Positions 1 through 9,821 are shown, counted from the stretch's first letter. The stretch is 39,607 nucleotides of DNA from Thermoplasmata archaeon (GCA_039794005.1 JBAMMA010000007.1:1-39607), one strand, 5' to 3'. Program-made: numbers and translations. The notes: generated by a model from the letters alone, not told the origin.

Positions 1-403
1 CGTTTACATACCATTTCGTGTTTGCAGGTAGACCACTCTCTGTAAATGTGACATTATATAAAACGGGATTGAATGTTACATAAATTGTCTTGGAAGATGG
101 ACTGTCAATATATCCTGAGGATGGTTTTGGGCTGTAATTTTTATTTACAGTTGATATCGTATAACTATAATTTGTATTTGATGAAAGGGATATCGTAATC
201 TGCGTACTTGTTGAATTATATGATGATTGGGTGAATAAATATGTAATATTAACATACCATTTTGTTCCTGTAGGCAAACCTGTCTCGGAAAATGTTACAT
301 TAATTGTCTTTTCTGAAATTATTTTTGACTGTGAAATAGAATTTAAATTAACTATTATTAATAAAATAGAAATTGATATAACATAATATTTTATCACATT
401 CAT
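1..403 (-). CDS. Secreted/surface protein with Thermoplasmatales-type 'VTFxExGLPxxTxWYVN' repeats (5' part only; runs off window edge)
   Basis: Manual translation from ATG at 403: MNVIKYYVISISILLIIVNLNS (signal-like) ...INVTFSETGLPTGTKWYVNIT...YNVTFTESGLPANTKWYVN; the frame is open to position 2. Not in the ORF track. Confidence 0.85.
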   Translation of the reverse strand, partial: MNVIKYYVISISILLIIVNLNSISQSKIISEKTINVTFSETGLPTGTKWYVNITYLFTQSSYNSTSTQITISLSSNTNYSYTISTVNKNYSPKPSSGYIDSPSSKTIYVTFNPVLYNVTFTESGLPANTKWYVN

Positions 404-446
404 CTTTATCAAATTTAATTTACCATTTTCTTATATATAAATTTTG

Positions 447-3400
447 TTATTTCATTTTCATTTTATGAATATTTTCTAGATTTTTATGAGCTAATTCAAA
501 ATTTGGATTATTTTTTAATACATTTTCAAACATTTCTCTTGCCAGATTAACAAATCTCCTCTTTTCCTCTTTATTTTTTGTTGTATTATATTTATATAAA
601 TAATATATTCCATACGTTGTTAAAATGTATGGATCATCAACGAATTTGATTTTTGCTTCATTTAAGAATTTTTCAACAATATTAAGTATTTCAACATCTT
701 TTGTTAAGTCAAACTTGTCAAGCAATCTATTTATATAAATATAATATGAATTTGGAGAATTTGGGTTTTCCTTCAAATAGAGTTCTGCATACTTTAATGA
801 TTCTTCTAAATATTGTAATCTATCTTTTGAAGATGTATTTTTATACAATATGCCATATAATATAGACAATATTTTTAATGCATCTGTTCTATATATTTTA
901 TCCTCCAGGGCCAATTTAATTTTTTCTATTTTTTTATTTAATTCTTCAATGCTGATATTCTGATTTTCGTAAATAGTAATTGCATTTTCAATGAATATTA
1001 TAGATCTATTCGATTTATTTATATTATATATGCTTATAATCTCCACTAATTTTTCATATATATCCTTTTTCTTTTCTTTATTTGAAATTTTATATAACTC
1101 ATACAATGTTTTTATTGAATATTCCAAAAATTCATAATTTCTGATATTTAAATTTAAACCTTCAAATATTAAATTTTCTGAATTATTCAAAATTTCATTC
1201 CTCTTTTCCTTTAAATATTCAAAATAATTTCTTTTTATTTTTAAAATTAAATAATATTCATGATTTCTTTCTTTAATTAAATTTTCCAATGTGTTTAAAT
1301 CATCACTGATATTTTCAATATTTATATTATTTTTTATAAATAATAATAACAAATCAAACTTTTCCTTTAAATGTATTATATTATTTACATCAAAAACAAA
1401 GTTGAGATCATCCATTGCCAATTTCAAATTTTTATTTATTTCTATATTTAACTCAGAATATCTTTTTTCTATTTTATACCTTTGAAAAATATAATCTTTA
1501 TTATATGGATAAAAATTTAATGCCTTATATATCTCTTCATTAGAAGAATTTAAATTATAAATCGATAGATTATAGTCAATTTCCTCAACAGACAAAATAT
1601 ATAATAATTGTGATTTAACGTAATGTGCATAAGAAAAGTTTGGATAATTTGCAAAAATTGAATCTATATCTGGAATTATATCCTTAATATTTTTGATTAT
1701 GTTTACGTTGAATTTATCGTAGTATTCTCTAATAATCAATCCCTTTAATATTAAAAGATCTCTTCCCTTTTTATTTAATCTAATAAGTTCATCTGCATTC
1801 TTATTTGCATTGTCTAAAATCTCTTTTTTAAAGGAATCTTGAGAAATGAATTTCTTTAGATAAGATATTATTAGTGCTATTCTCGCCTCTATAAAATCTA
1901 TGTCCCTTTCTAAAATGTTTTCCAATATATTTACAGCTTCATCAAATCTACTTAACTCTATTAAAGATAATGCTTTTATTAAAATTTCATCGTTATTTTG
2001 AGAATTCAGAGTTTGAACTGTAAAATCTTCAATATTATCTTTGATAATATATTCTGAATAAATGTCTTTCCTTATTTCATTGAAATAAATTCTTGATTTT
2101 ATTATTTTCTTTACATATTTGGCAGTCAAACTATTTCTATCTATATAAAAATAAATGAATGGATCCATTTTTGGCTCATAATTTTCAGAAATATAATTTA
2201 TAATATCTATATCTATAGAACAGTTTGGTTTAAATCTATTAAAGAATAGTTTAGCAAAATAATAAATTATATTGCTTTCTTCATCAATTAAAATGTTGTT
2301 TATCAGAAATTCGTGAATCATTTCTAAATCTTTATAATCTATATTATTCAAATGTTTAATTATATGATAGAATAAAACAAATTTAATATTATTTTCATCA
2401 AAATTTATCTTTTCGGCCTTTTCCTGCAATTCGTTTAATTTATCAATGACAGTATCATTCCTTCTTCTGCTTTCCTTCTCAAATTTGTATCCTGATGTTA
2501 TGTCCAATATATCAAAAATTGTGTTGGATAAGTATTTTAATATGGCTTCATCATTTTTAGCATTAGAAGAAATAATATTCTTCATTTGTTTAGGTATGTA
2601 TAAATAATCATTTATATTATAAAAATATTTATTTAAATATTCATTCATTCCAAAATATTTTAAAATATGATACGGCATATTATTATTTATAAAATATAAT
2701 AAAAATAAAATAAATATTTCACTCCTTTCTGATTTAGTCTTTAAATAATTATAAATGCATAAATGATTTCCCGTTTTGCATTCGTTTAAAAATGTTGAAG
2801 CATTATTTTCATCGTTCATATCTGATATAACATAGGAATATATTTTCATAATTTCTGGGTTTTCAGATGATAGTCTTATAATTTTGTTTAATATTTCCTC
2901 CACATTTTTAATTTTATCTGGCAGAATTTGCTTTATAAAATTTATACCATATTTATTCCAATCAATACTTACAAAATTAATGGTAATTTTATTCTGCAAA
3001 GATTTTTTATCAATGTTTAAAATATATTCTTTAATATTTTTTTCGATATCAAAATTTTTTATTTCATCAACAGATAAAATTATCCTGAAAAATTTATTCT
3101 GTCTAACTTTTAAATTTTTTAAATCATCCAAGAATTTTTGAACCTTGTTTTTATCAATATCCAATAGATCATAATCATAAAAGAATATAACATCATTTAA
3201 ATAATTTGATACTTGAACATTCTCTAAAAGTGAATCAAAGTTCTTTAAAAATACTATTTTTTCATTACCTGAATTTAAAATATTGTATAAAAATGTCGTT
3301 TTACCATTTCCATATAAAACCACAGGACCTTCAATTGTTAAATCTGCTACAAATTTTGAAGAAATATCATAATTTTCATCCTTATAAATATCCCAATAGA

Positions 3401-4403
3401 TTTTCATAAATTCTTTTAATTTATCCTTTTCAATTAACAAATTATTGGAAAATATAGCATTTTTGTATTCATTCAATTTTTCCTCACTTATAAAATAGAA
3501 TATGTTTTTAAATTCCTCAAATTTTTCTTCATCAAATTCCATCAATTCATTCTTAATTTCATTTATATCAATATCGATAAATTCATTCAACCAAATCAAA
3601 ATAAAATCTTTGGTTTCATCATCCAAAGATTTAATGAAATTAATAAAATCAAATATTTCTGTATATATGTTTTCATTATCATAATTTTTAATATATAATA
3701 AAAATATTAATTTTGATAAATTCTTAATTTGAATATTATTTATATTGTCCTTAAGCTTTTTTAAATATTCTTCCAGCCTATTTTTATCCACTTCATTAAA
3801 CAATTTTTTGATATCTACAAAACCTTCTTCATTTATTGTAATTTTAAATTTTTCAAAATATGATATTAATGTTTTATAATTATTTATGAATGTTTCTTTA
3901 TCTTTTACAAATGGTATATAATTTATGCCATACCATTTGATTTTATATCTATCTATATTCTCATTTTTAATTTCACCGACTGGACTATCAATCCAAAAAT
4001 TAATTATATGACTGTTGGTTTTTAATGCATTTCTCAATGTGTTTAAAATTACAATAGGGATTTCTGGTTTAGTTCTATAATATTTTAATAATTTTTCCTT
4101 TTCAGATTTTGAATAGGCTTCATCGAATATTTTTATTGCTTGCTTCAATTCAATGTATTTAATTGAATAATAAAATTCGTTGAATTTTTCATGGGAATCA
4201 TAATCTCTTTTTATCAAAAATTCTGCATATACAAGATTTTCGATCTTCAAAAATGCCTTTAAGTTATCATTAAGATCATAACACGATAAAGGTAAACATA
4301 TTGCAGCGACCTTTTTTGCCTTTTTTATTTTATTATATTCTCTCTGATTTAATTTCATATATTCAAACGCTAAGTTTTTAAAAATATCTTTATCTTCCAT
4401 CAA
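447..4403 (-). CDS. Large protein: unknown N-terminal domain, divergent P-loop (STAND-like) NTPase, C-terminal TPR-like repeats
   Basis: 1318-aa ORF. Walker A-like VVLYGNGKTT (K368), Walker B-like VIFFYD (D410), SSENP (P516, GxP-like). TPR-like helices such as ALSLIELSRFDEAVNILENILERDIDF and AREMFENVLKNNPNFELAHKNL. The true start may be ATG 4400. Confidence 0.65.
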   Translation of the reverse strand: MMEDKDIFKNLAFEYMKLNQREYNKIKKAKKVAAICLPLSCYDLNDNLKAFLKIENLVYAEFLIKRDYDSHEKFNEFYYSIKYIELKQAIKIFDEAYSKSEKEKLLKYYRTKPEIPIVILNTLRNALKTNSHIINFWIDSPVGEIKNENIDRYKIKWYGINYIPFVKDKETFINNYKTLISYFEKFKITINEEGFVDIKKLFNEVDKNRLEEYLKKLKDNINNIQIKNLSKLIFLLYIKNYDNENIYTEIFDFINFIKSLDDETKDFILIWLNEFIDIDINEIKNELMEFDEEKFEEFKNIFYFISEEKLNEYKNAIFSNNLLIEKDKLKEFMKIYWDIYKDENYDISSKFVADLTIEGPVVLYGNGKTTFLYNILNSGNEKIVFLKNFDSLLENVQVSNYLNDVIFFYDYDLLDIDKNKVQKFLDDLKNLKVRQNKFFRIILSVDEIKNFDIEKNIKEYILNIDKKSLQNKITINFVSIDWNKYGINFIKQILPDKIKNVEEILNKIIRLSSENPEIMKIYSYVISDMNDENNASTFLNECKTGNHLCIYNYLKTKSERSEIFILFLLYFINNNMPYHILKYFGMNEYLNKYFYNINDYLYIPKQMKNIISSNAKNDEAILKYLSNTIFDILDITSGYKFEKESRRRNDTVIDKLNELQEKAEKINFDENNIKFVLFYHIIKHLNNIDYKDLEMIHEFLINNILIDEESNIIYYFAKLFFNRFKPNCSIDIDIINYISENYEPKMDPFIYFYIDRNSLTAKYVKKIIKSRIYFNEIRKDIYSEYIIKDNIEDFTVQTLNSQNNDEILIKALSLIELSRFDEAVNILENILERDIDFIEARIALIISYLKKFISQDSFKKEILDNANKNADELIRLNKKGRDLLILKGLIIREYYDKFNVNIIKNIKDIIPDIDSIFANYPNFSYAHYVKSQLLYILSVEEIDYNLSIYNLNSSNEEIYKALNFYPYNKDYIFQRYKIEKRYSELNIEINKNLKLAMDDLNFVFDVNNIIHLKEKFDLLLLFIKNNINIENISDDLNTLENLIKERNHEYYLILKIKRNYFEYLKEKRNEILNNSENLIFEGLNLNIRNYEFLEYSIKTLYELYKISNKEKKKDIYEKLVEIISIYNINKSNRSIIFIENAITIYENQNISIEELNKKIEKIKLALEDKIYRTDALKILSILYGILYKNTSSKDRLQYLEESLKYAELYLKENPNSPNSYYIYINRLLDKFDLTKDVEILNIVEKFLNEAKIKFVDDPYILTTYGIYYLYKYNTTKNKEEKRRFVNLAREMFENVLKNNPNFELAHKNLENIHKMKMK

Positions 4404-4424
4404 TAGATATTAAAAAAATCTGAA

Positions 4425-4432
4425 TATTAAAA
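4425..4432 (-). promoter_or_regulatory. Putative TATA box (TTTTAATA) of the large NTPase-TPR gene, leaderless
   Basis: TTTTAATA lies 25-32 nt upstream of ATG 4400 on the minus strand; weak evidence in AT-rich DNA. Confidence 0.35.
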
Positions 4433-4448
4433 TTTGATGATAGCCAAA

Positions 4449-4521
4449 AGCCACCGGAGGGACTCGAACCCCCGACCTGCTGATTACGAATCAGCCGCTC
4501 TACCCACTAAGCTACGGTGGC
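4449..4521 (-). tRNA. tRNA-Thr(CGT), intronless, CCA not encoded
   Basis: Reverse complement GCCACCGTAGCTTAGTGGGTAGAGCGGCTGATTCGTAATCAGCAGGTCGGGGGTTCGAGTCCCTCCGGTGGCT; anticodon arm GCTGA-TTCGTAA-TCAGC; T-loop GTTCGAG. Confidence 0.97.
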
Positions 4522-4544
4522 CCAATTTTTATATTCAATAAACA

Positions 4545-4560
4545 TTTAAAAAATTTTTCA
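4545..4560 (-). promoter_or_regulatory. Putative BRE/TATA of tRNA-Thr(CGT)
   Basis: Minus strand TGAAAAATTTTTTAAA about 24-39 nt upstream of the tRNA 5' end. Confidence 0.45.
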
Positions 4561-4561
4561 A

Positions 4562-5194
4562 TCACTTTTTACAAAATTTTATATCATATTTTTCATAATT
4601 ATTTAATATTTTATCTATATTATTAATCTTTACATTTTCAATAAAATCCATCAATTTTTCATGTTTTAATTTAATTATATAATAATTTAAATTTTTATTT
4701 TTGATTAAATTATAAAAGGCACATATAAATATTAAATCATTATTATTTAGATTTATTGCAAATTCTGGACCCCAGAACACATCATTGTTATTTTTTATGA
4801 AAATGATTTGCCATCCCTGATTTTCAGATTCCAATAACATGTTTTTATTATAATAATTAAAATTTTCTAATTTAAAAAATATTATAAATTTTATTTCATC
4901 AAAAAATATTTTATCAGGCCATATTGTAAAAGATTTTGAAAAAGATATGTAACAGTTATCATATAATCTTGCCTTCATTGTTTTTAATCCATTTTTTGAT
5001 TTTGAAGGTAAAATATTGAAGATTATAATTATTAAAATTAATAATATGCCTATTATTAACGTTTTATAATATAAAATCAAACTAATTGAAAATATTAAAA
5101 AGAATATAAAAATCAAAATTCTAAAAAATATATCTATTATGTAAGGATATCCTTTGTTCCATGTTATTATTAAATTATTGCACGTTTTTGGCAT
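4562..5194 (-). CDS. Hypothetical membrane protein (2 N-terminal TM helices + soluble domain)
   Basis: 210-aa ORF with two strongly hydrophobic stretches (IFFRILIFIFFLIFSISLILYY; TLIIGILLILIIIIFNIL); no recognised motif. Confidence 0.6.
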   Translation of the reverse strand: MPKTCNNLIITWNKGYPYIIDIFFRILIFIFFLIFSISLILYYKTLIIGILLILIIIIFNILPSKSKNGLKTMKARLYDNCYISFSKSFTIWPDKIFFDEIKFIIFFKLENFNYYNKNMLLESENQGWQIIFIKNNNDVFWGPEFAINLNNNDLIFICAFYNLIKNKNLNYYIIKLKHEKLMDFIENVKINNIDKILNNYEKYDIKFCKK

Positions 5195-5227
5195 AAAGTT
5201 ATATTCTCATTTTTATTTAATAATATT

Positions 5228-6523
5228 ATGGTTCTAGGTACTGAATATTTAAGCATCCCTATGCCTGAAAATTTTGTCAGAGAAAAGTTTCTCGGTAATT
5301 TTGAAATCTTTGAAAAAATGGTAGAAAATGTAAATGAAAAATATGATGAAGATATAATAAATAGATTAAAATATGAAATTTTTAGATTAAATATATTGAA
5401 AAGGAATTATGATTTAACAAGGAAAAAACTGATATTAGAACTTGAAAAATATATTAAAGATTTTGACACAAAAAATATTGACTATTTTATTAAAAATGGT
5501 ACGCTTGACAGAATATTTATAAATGGAGAAGAGAGATTCTTTAACAAAAGTCCTGAAAATTTACATTATTTAAATAAAAAGTTATTTGAAAATTCATCAT
5601 ATAACATATCCCCTTATAAGAACTTCTTGGAATTTGTTTCTAGAAAAATTTCTTCCGGAAATTTAAATAATTATAGGATAGAGTATGAGATTTCAATTAA
5701 TCTAAATAAAAATGTTGCTTACAAAGTCTGGATTCCCCTTCCCACAGAAAATTATTATCAAAAAAATGTAAAGATATTGGAAACTTATCCAAGATATTAC
5801 AAAATATTAGAGGGACCACATCGGGCGATATATTTTTATGACACATCAAATGTATTTAAAGCTAGAATAAGTTTGGAAACAAGGGATATTAACATAAGAG
5901 ATGGAGATATGGATTCAAAGAAAGATTTATATTTGGAAGAAAGGAGTCCACATGTCTCTTTTAACAGATACATGGAAAAAATTGTGAGAAATTTAACAAG
6001 GAATGAAAATGAAAATATTAAAAAAATAATAAAAATTTACAAACATATAACTGAAACAATAACATTTGTATTTCCAAGGTCTTATATTTTATATGACAAT
6101 ATATCTGAATATTCTTTATTTAACATGTTAGGAGATAGCACCATGCAATCTATACTTTTGATTGCATTGATGAGATCTTTAAATATTCCCGCCAGATGGA
6201 GAGGTGGATATTCCATAATAGAAAACAATATAATGCCACATCATTGGGTGGAGATTTATACAGAAGAATACGGTTTTATACCCGTAGATCCTGTGTTTGG
6301 CAATTTTTCTTTAGGGCATTATTATCTTAGGGATTTTTATTTTGGAAATATGGAAGGGCTTAGGATAATAACATCCGAGGATTTCAATGTGGATTTTTCT
6401 GAAGCTGGTAAATTTTGGAGAATTGATCCTATAACAAATGAAATTGGAGAAGTGGAAACCGATAGTGAGAAAATATTGGATTACGACACAAAAATTAAAT
6501 TGATTAACATAGAAACGTTATAA
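5228..6523 (+). CDS. Transglutaminase-like domain protein with Ser at the catalytic Cys position
   Basis: Core motifs GD(S)TMQSILLIALMRSLNIPARW, HHWVEIY, GFIPVDP, FYFGN. Confidence 0.85.
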   Translation: MVLGTEYLSIPMPENFVREKFLGNFEIFEKMVENVNEKYDEDIINRLKYEIFRLNILKRNYDLTRKKLILELEKYIKDFDTKNIDYFIKNGTLDRIFINGEERFFNKSPENLHYLNKKLFENSSYNISPYKNFLEFVSRKISSGNLNNYRIEYEISINLNKNVAYKVWIPLPTENYYQKNVKILETYPRYYKILEGPHRAIYFYDTSNVFKARISLETRDINIRDGDMDSKKDLYLEERSPHVSFNRYMEKIVRNLTRNENENIKKIIKIYKHITETITFVFPRSYILYDNISEYSLFNMLGDSTMQSILLIALMRSLNIPARWRGGYSIIENNIMPHHWVEIYTEEYGFIPVDPVFGNFSLGHYYLRDFYFGNMEGLRIITSEDFNVDFSEAGKFWRIDPITNEIGEVETDSEKILDYDTKIKLINIETL

Positions 6524-6576
6524 ATAAAGGTAAAGTTTAATTCTTTGTATGCATTTTACTAATAAAGGTGATATAA

Positions 6577-6894
6577 ATGCCAACACCTGTATTAAATGGC
6601 TGCACATTCCTTGAAACCATTATTGCATCAGCTGTACTTGTCTTTATTGTAGGGGGAATTGGATTTTATATAATTGGCCCTAAGGAGTATAAAAAGGCAA
6701 GCCTGATAATGTCAATAGTTGGAGTTTTAATTTTAATTATATTGGCTGCCTTTGATTATATGTTTGGCTATAATCATGTGCATTTTTATAATTTCATAAA
6801 CAATGTCCTTGTTCCGGCAATATTTTACATCTTAGGAATATTGATTGGAGCTGTAATTGGAGGTTTGGCTTACATTCTCATGATTTTGAAATAA
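6577..6894 (+). CDS. Small 3-TM membrane protein, unknown function
   Basis: 105-aa hydrophobic ORF preceded by an AGGTGA Shine-Dalgarno. Confidence 0.75.
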   Translation: MPTPVLNGCTFLETIIASAVLVFIVGGIGFYIIGPKEYKKASLIMSIVGVLILIILAAFDYMFGYNHVHFYNFINNVLVPAIFYILGILIGAVIGGLAYILMILK

Positions 6895-7408
6895 TTTCTT
6901 TAAAATATTTTATTATTCTTGCCGTCATCCCCCATATTATGTTATTTTCATAAATGTAATAAAAGCCTTTAAAATCAAAATTTCTAAATTTATATTCCCC
7001 ATAATTTTCATTTAAATCATTTATGTTTGGAAATAAAAAATAATCGATCTCGCTCTTTTGCGGTCTTGCCATTTCCAATTTGTTTGATTCACATAAAAAT
7101 ACGTAAACATTCATGTCTGACCTGTTCATGGGATGTTCAACTGTTAATCCTCCCAGAATATTAAATTCATTGATGGATGTTTCTTCAATAAATTCCCTTT
7201 TTGCTGTATTAATCAAATAGATATCATGCTCTTCAAAATGGCCACCTGGAAGAGATATTTGTCCAGACCATGGATCCTTTTCATTCTCCTTCCTCTTTTC
7301 CAAAATTATAACATTTTCTTTTAAACATAAGCAAACAGCTGCATCTTTATCCTTTTTACCCTTTATGTTGCTAAAATCTTTGATATATTTTTGATCAATT
7401 TTTATCAT
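6878..7408 (-). CDS. Nudix hydrolase, CoA pyrophosphatase-like
   Basis: DPWSGQISLPGG...TAKREFIEETSI Nudix box; C-terminal IWGMTARI motif. Confidence 0.9.
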   Translation of the reverse strand: MIKIDQKYIKDFSNIKGKKDKDAAVCLCLKENVIILEKRKENEKDPWSGQISLPGGHFEEHDIYLINTAKREFIEETSINEFNILGGLTVEHPMNRSDMNVYVFLCESNKLEMARPQKSEIDYFLFPNINDLNENYGEYKFRNFDFKGFYYIYENNIIWGMTARIIKYFKEIISKS

Positions 7409-7493
7409 TGATTAAAAGATTAATAAAAACAAATATAATTTTTTCACATAAATATTTAGAAAATTAAAAATAGAAAAATGCAATGTTTTAAGT

Positions 7494-8579
7494 ATGAAGA
7501 GAGATTCTTTATTTACCACCATAAGCATGATGTTGTTCATAATAATTTTCATAACATTAATGATAGATTATTTTTCAATATATTACCTGTTTTTTATAAT
7601 TAATGTTGCGAAAGGTGGACAAGCAATTTTTTATTTCATATACTATCCAATATTGGCATTTGCATTTATAGTTTCACCAATTCAAACATATTATTGGGTT
7701 TTTATTTTAACGATAATAATAACAGCAGTTTTAATATTAATTACAAGGGACTTTATGATTTTCATTAAAGATAAAAATTATGACAGACCTTTGTCTCTTG
7801 CGGATGGAATTACCATTGTTGTCTCCTTAACGCTTATTTCTTATTTAATATCTATAATTATGACCAGGAATGCAAATCCATTTGGAAATCCCACCTCTGG
7901 AATTCCAGATAATGATTTAATCGTTGAATTGCTTCAGGCACCTGTGTGGGAGGAATTTATATATAGATCTATAATTATAGGGATACCACTGTATCTGTAT
8001 AATATATCAATTGGAAATAAAGTTAAATTACACAGGATGATAACAGGTGGAAATTATGATTTAAATTTACCATCAATTATACTCATAATATTTTCATCCA
8101 TTTTATTCGGCTATGCACATACAGCTTCGTGGTCCATATACAAAGTGCCAAGTACCATAATTGCAGGAATTGTTTTGGGCATATTATATGTAAGATATGG
8201 CATATATATGAGCATAGCCATGCACTTCTTTATTGATTTTTCAGGATCTTTAGAATTTTATCCAAAACCACTAAATTTTATTTTTAACCTCTACATTTCT
8301 ATTATTTACTTTATAATGGTAGCACTTGGAATAGTTTTAATAATATTTTATATGATGAATATGTTTGAAAAACCTGGAAAAAATAAAATTAAAAATAAGG
8401 AAGTAGATGAAATTAATAATAATAAGTTCACAGTCATATGCCCATATTGTGGTTATGATAAACATGAAATTCTTCCAGATGGTAATTTCAAATGTCTTAG
8501 ATGTGGTAATACCTTTAAGATTGAATTTTCAAGCAAACCTCCTGAGTCTATAGAAAAAGGCGGAGGAGAGAAAGACTGA
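7494..8579 (+). CDS. CPBP (Abi/CAAX-II) family intramembrane protease with C-terminal zinc ribbon
   Basis: Multi-TM; APVWEEFIYR, FGYAH and AMHFFID motifs; CPYC...CLRC near the C-terminus. Confidence 0.88.
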   Translation: MKRDSLFTTISMMLFIIIFITLMIDYFSIYYLFFIINVAKGGQAIFYFIYYPILAFAFIVSPIQTYYWVFILTIIITAVLILITRDFMIFIKDKNYDRPLSLADGITIVVSLTLISYLISIIMTRNANPFGNPTSGIPDNDLIVELLQAPVWEEFIYRSIIIGIPLYLYNISIGNKVKLHRMITGGNYDLNLPSIILIIFSSILFGYAHTASWSIYKVPSTIIAGIVLGILYVRYGIYMSIAMHFFIDFSGSLEFYPKPLNFIFNLYISIIYFIMVALGIVLIIFYMMNMFEKPGKNKIKNKEVDEINNNKFTVICPYCGYDKHEILPDGNFKCLRCGNTFKIEFSSKPPESIEKGGGEKD

Positions 8580-9791
8580 AATTGATGCCAATAAGAAATC
8601 AACCGTATATCCGAAATTTTCCGTTATATATCCAGATAAAAATGACCCAACAAATACTCCTATTTGTATCATGGAAGTATACAATCCCATTTTTCTACCC
8701 CTTGCGTTATTTCCTATTATTTCAAAGGCAATAATGTTTGATACGGTGTAAAAGATAGAAAATGCAAGGCCAGCAGCTATCGGATAGAACAGGATATTTA
8801 AGCCCATGAAAATTGGAAAAGGCAATAAAAATGTAAAAGAAATTATGAAATAGGATAAACCTCTTCCGAATATTGCCTTTATTAAATTATCAGACTTTGC
8901 AAAAAATTTCGTCTTTTTCCAAATCAAAAGGTAAGATAATGTTTGAATTATCATTCCAATTGAAAGTATCAGGAAAGATAGAAAATCTGAATTTGTTTTT
9001 ACTTTGAGTGCTGCGGGATACATGGTGTTGAACAACCCAGAGCCAATGTAAAATATGAATGTAGCAATAGAAAGATAAGTAATATTATTATTTTTAATCT
9101 TTTTAAAATTTAAATTCTTGATTGTTTTCCAAATGCTTTCATTTGTTAGCCTTACATATAGGAAAGGGTTATAAAAGAGCCTGCTCATATATACATAAAT
9201 ATTTAACAGGAACTCCTTTCTATCTATTTTTCTTTTAGTCTTTGGCAATAAAATAATAAGTAATATTAATGAAATGATTGACAAAATAAATGATATATAA
9301 AGAAGGCTTAAAACATAGAAATTAAGGGTAAAAGCAAACGAAATTATGAAACCTAATGTTGAACCAAAACTTGAGGCAAATTGTAGATTGGAAAATGCCT
9401 TTTTCCACAGATTTTCCTCAATTGTTTCCATTATTATTATGTTAATTGGTGCGGATGATGCACTAGAGAAAAATGAATACAAAAAATAGTTTATTATAAT
9501 GAAAATTGGATTTGACAGAAATAAAAATATCAAAATCGACAATGTAACACCGGTGAAGGAAAATATTATAATATAATTTTTGTTGTTTATTCTGTCAGTT
9601 ATTTTGCCAAATAAATATGTAGATATTACGGATGCAATTGTTCCTCCAGACATCATTATTGATATGTAAATTTCAGCATCCTTTAAAAGAGGATTTGATA
9701 TTAAATATAGTGTTAATATTGTTGATATTGGCCCCTGTGCCATGCTGGAAAATAGTATTGCATAAGCCCATTTCATTTTATATTCTTCCAC
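8529..9791 (-). CDS. MFS transporter
   Basis: About 12 hydrophobic segments; motif A-like FGKITDRINNK; GRKMGLY..GVFVGSFLSGYI. Confidence 0.9.
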   Translation of the reverse strand: MEEYKMKWAYAILFSSMAQGPISTILTLYLISNPLLKDAEIYISIMMSGGTIASVISTYLFGKITDRINNKNYIIIFSFTGVTLSILIFLFLSNPIFIIINYFLYSFFSSASSAPINIIIMETIEENLWKKAFSNLQFASSFGSTLGFIISFAFTLNFYVLSLLYISFILSIISLILLIILLPKTKRKIDRKEFLLNIYVYMSRLFYNPFLYVRLTNESIWKTIKNLNFKKIKNNNITYLSIATFIFYIGSGLFNTMYPAALKVKTNSDFLSFLILSIGMIIQTLSYLLIWKKTKFFAKSDNLIKAIFGRGLSYFIISFTFLLPFPIFMGLNILFYPIAAGLAFSIFYTVSNIIAFEIIGNNARGRKMGLYTSMIQIGVFVGSFLSGYITENFGYTVDFLLASISVFLSSAFFYRLRRFA

Positions 9792-9821
9792 AAAGGAGTA
9801 AATAAAAACAGAAATAAAATT

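Noticed and set aside
6577-6894. Bacterial-type prepilin motif (G|CTFLE)
   Set aside because: No charged leader, and the protein has three TM helices; better explained as a small membrane protein.
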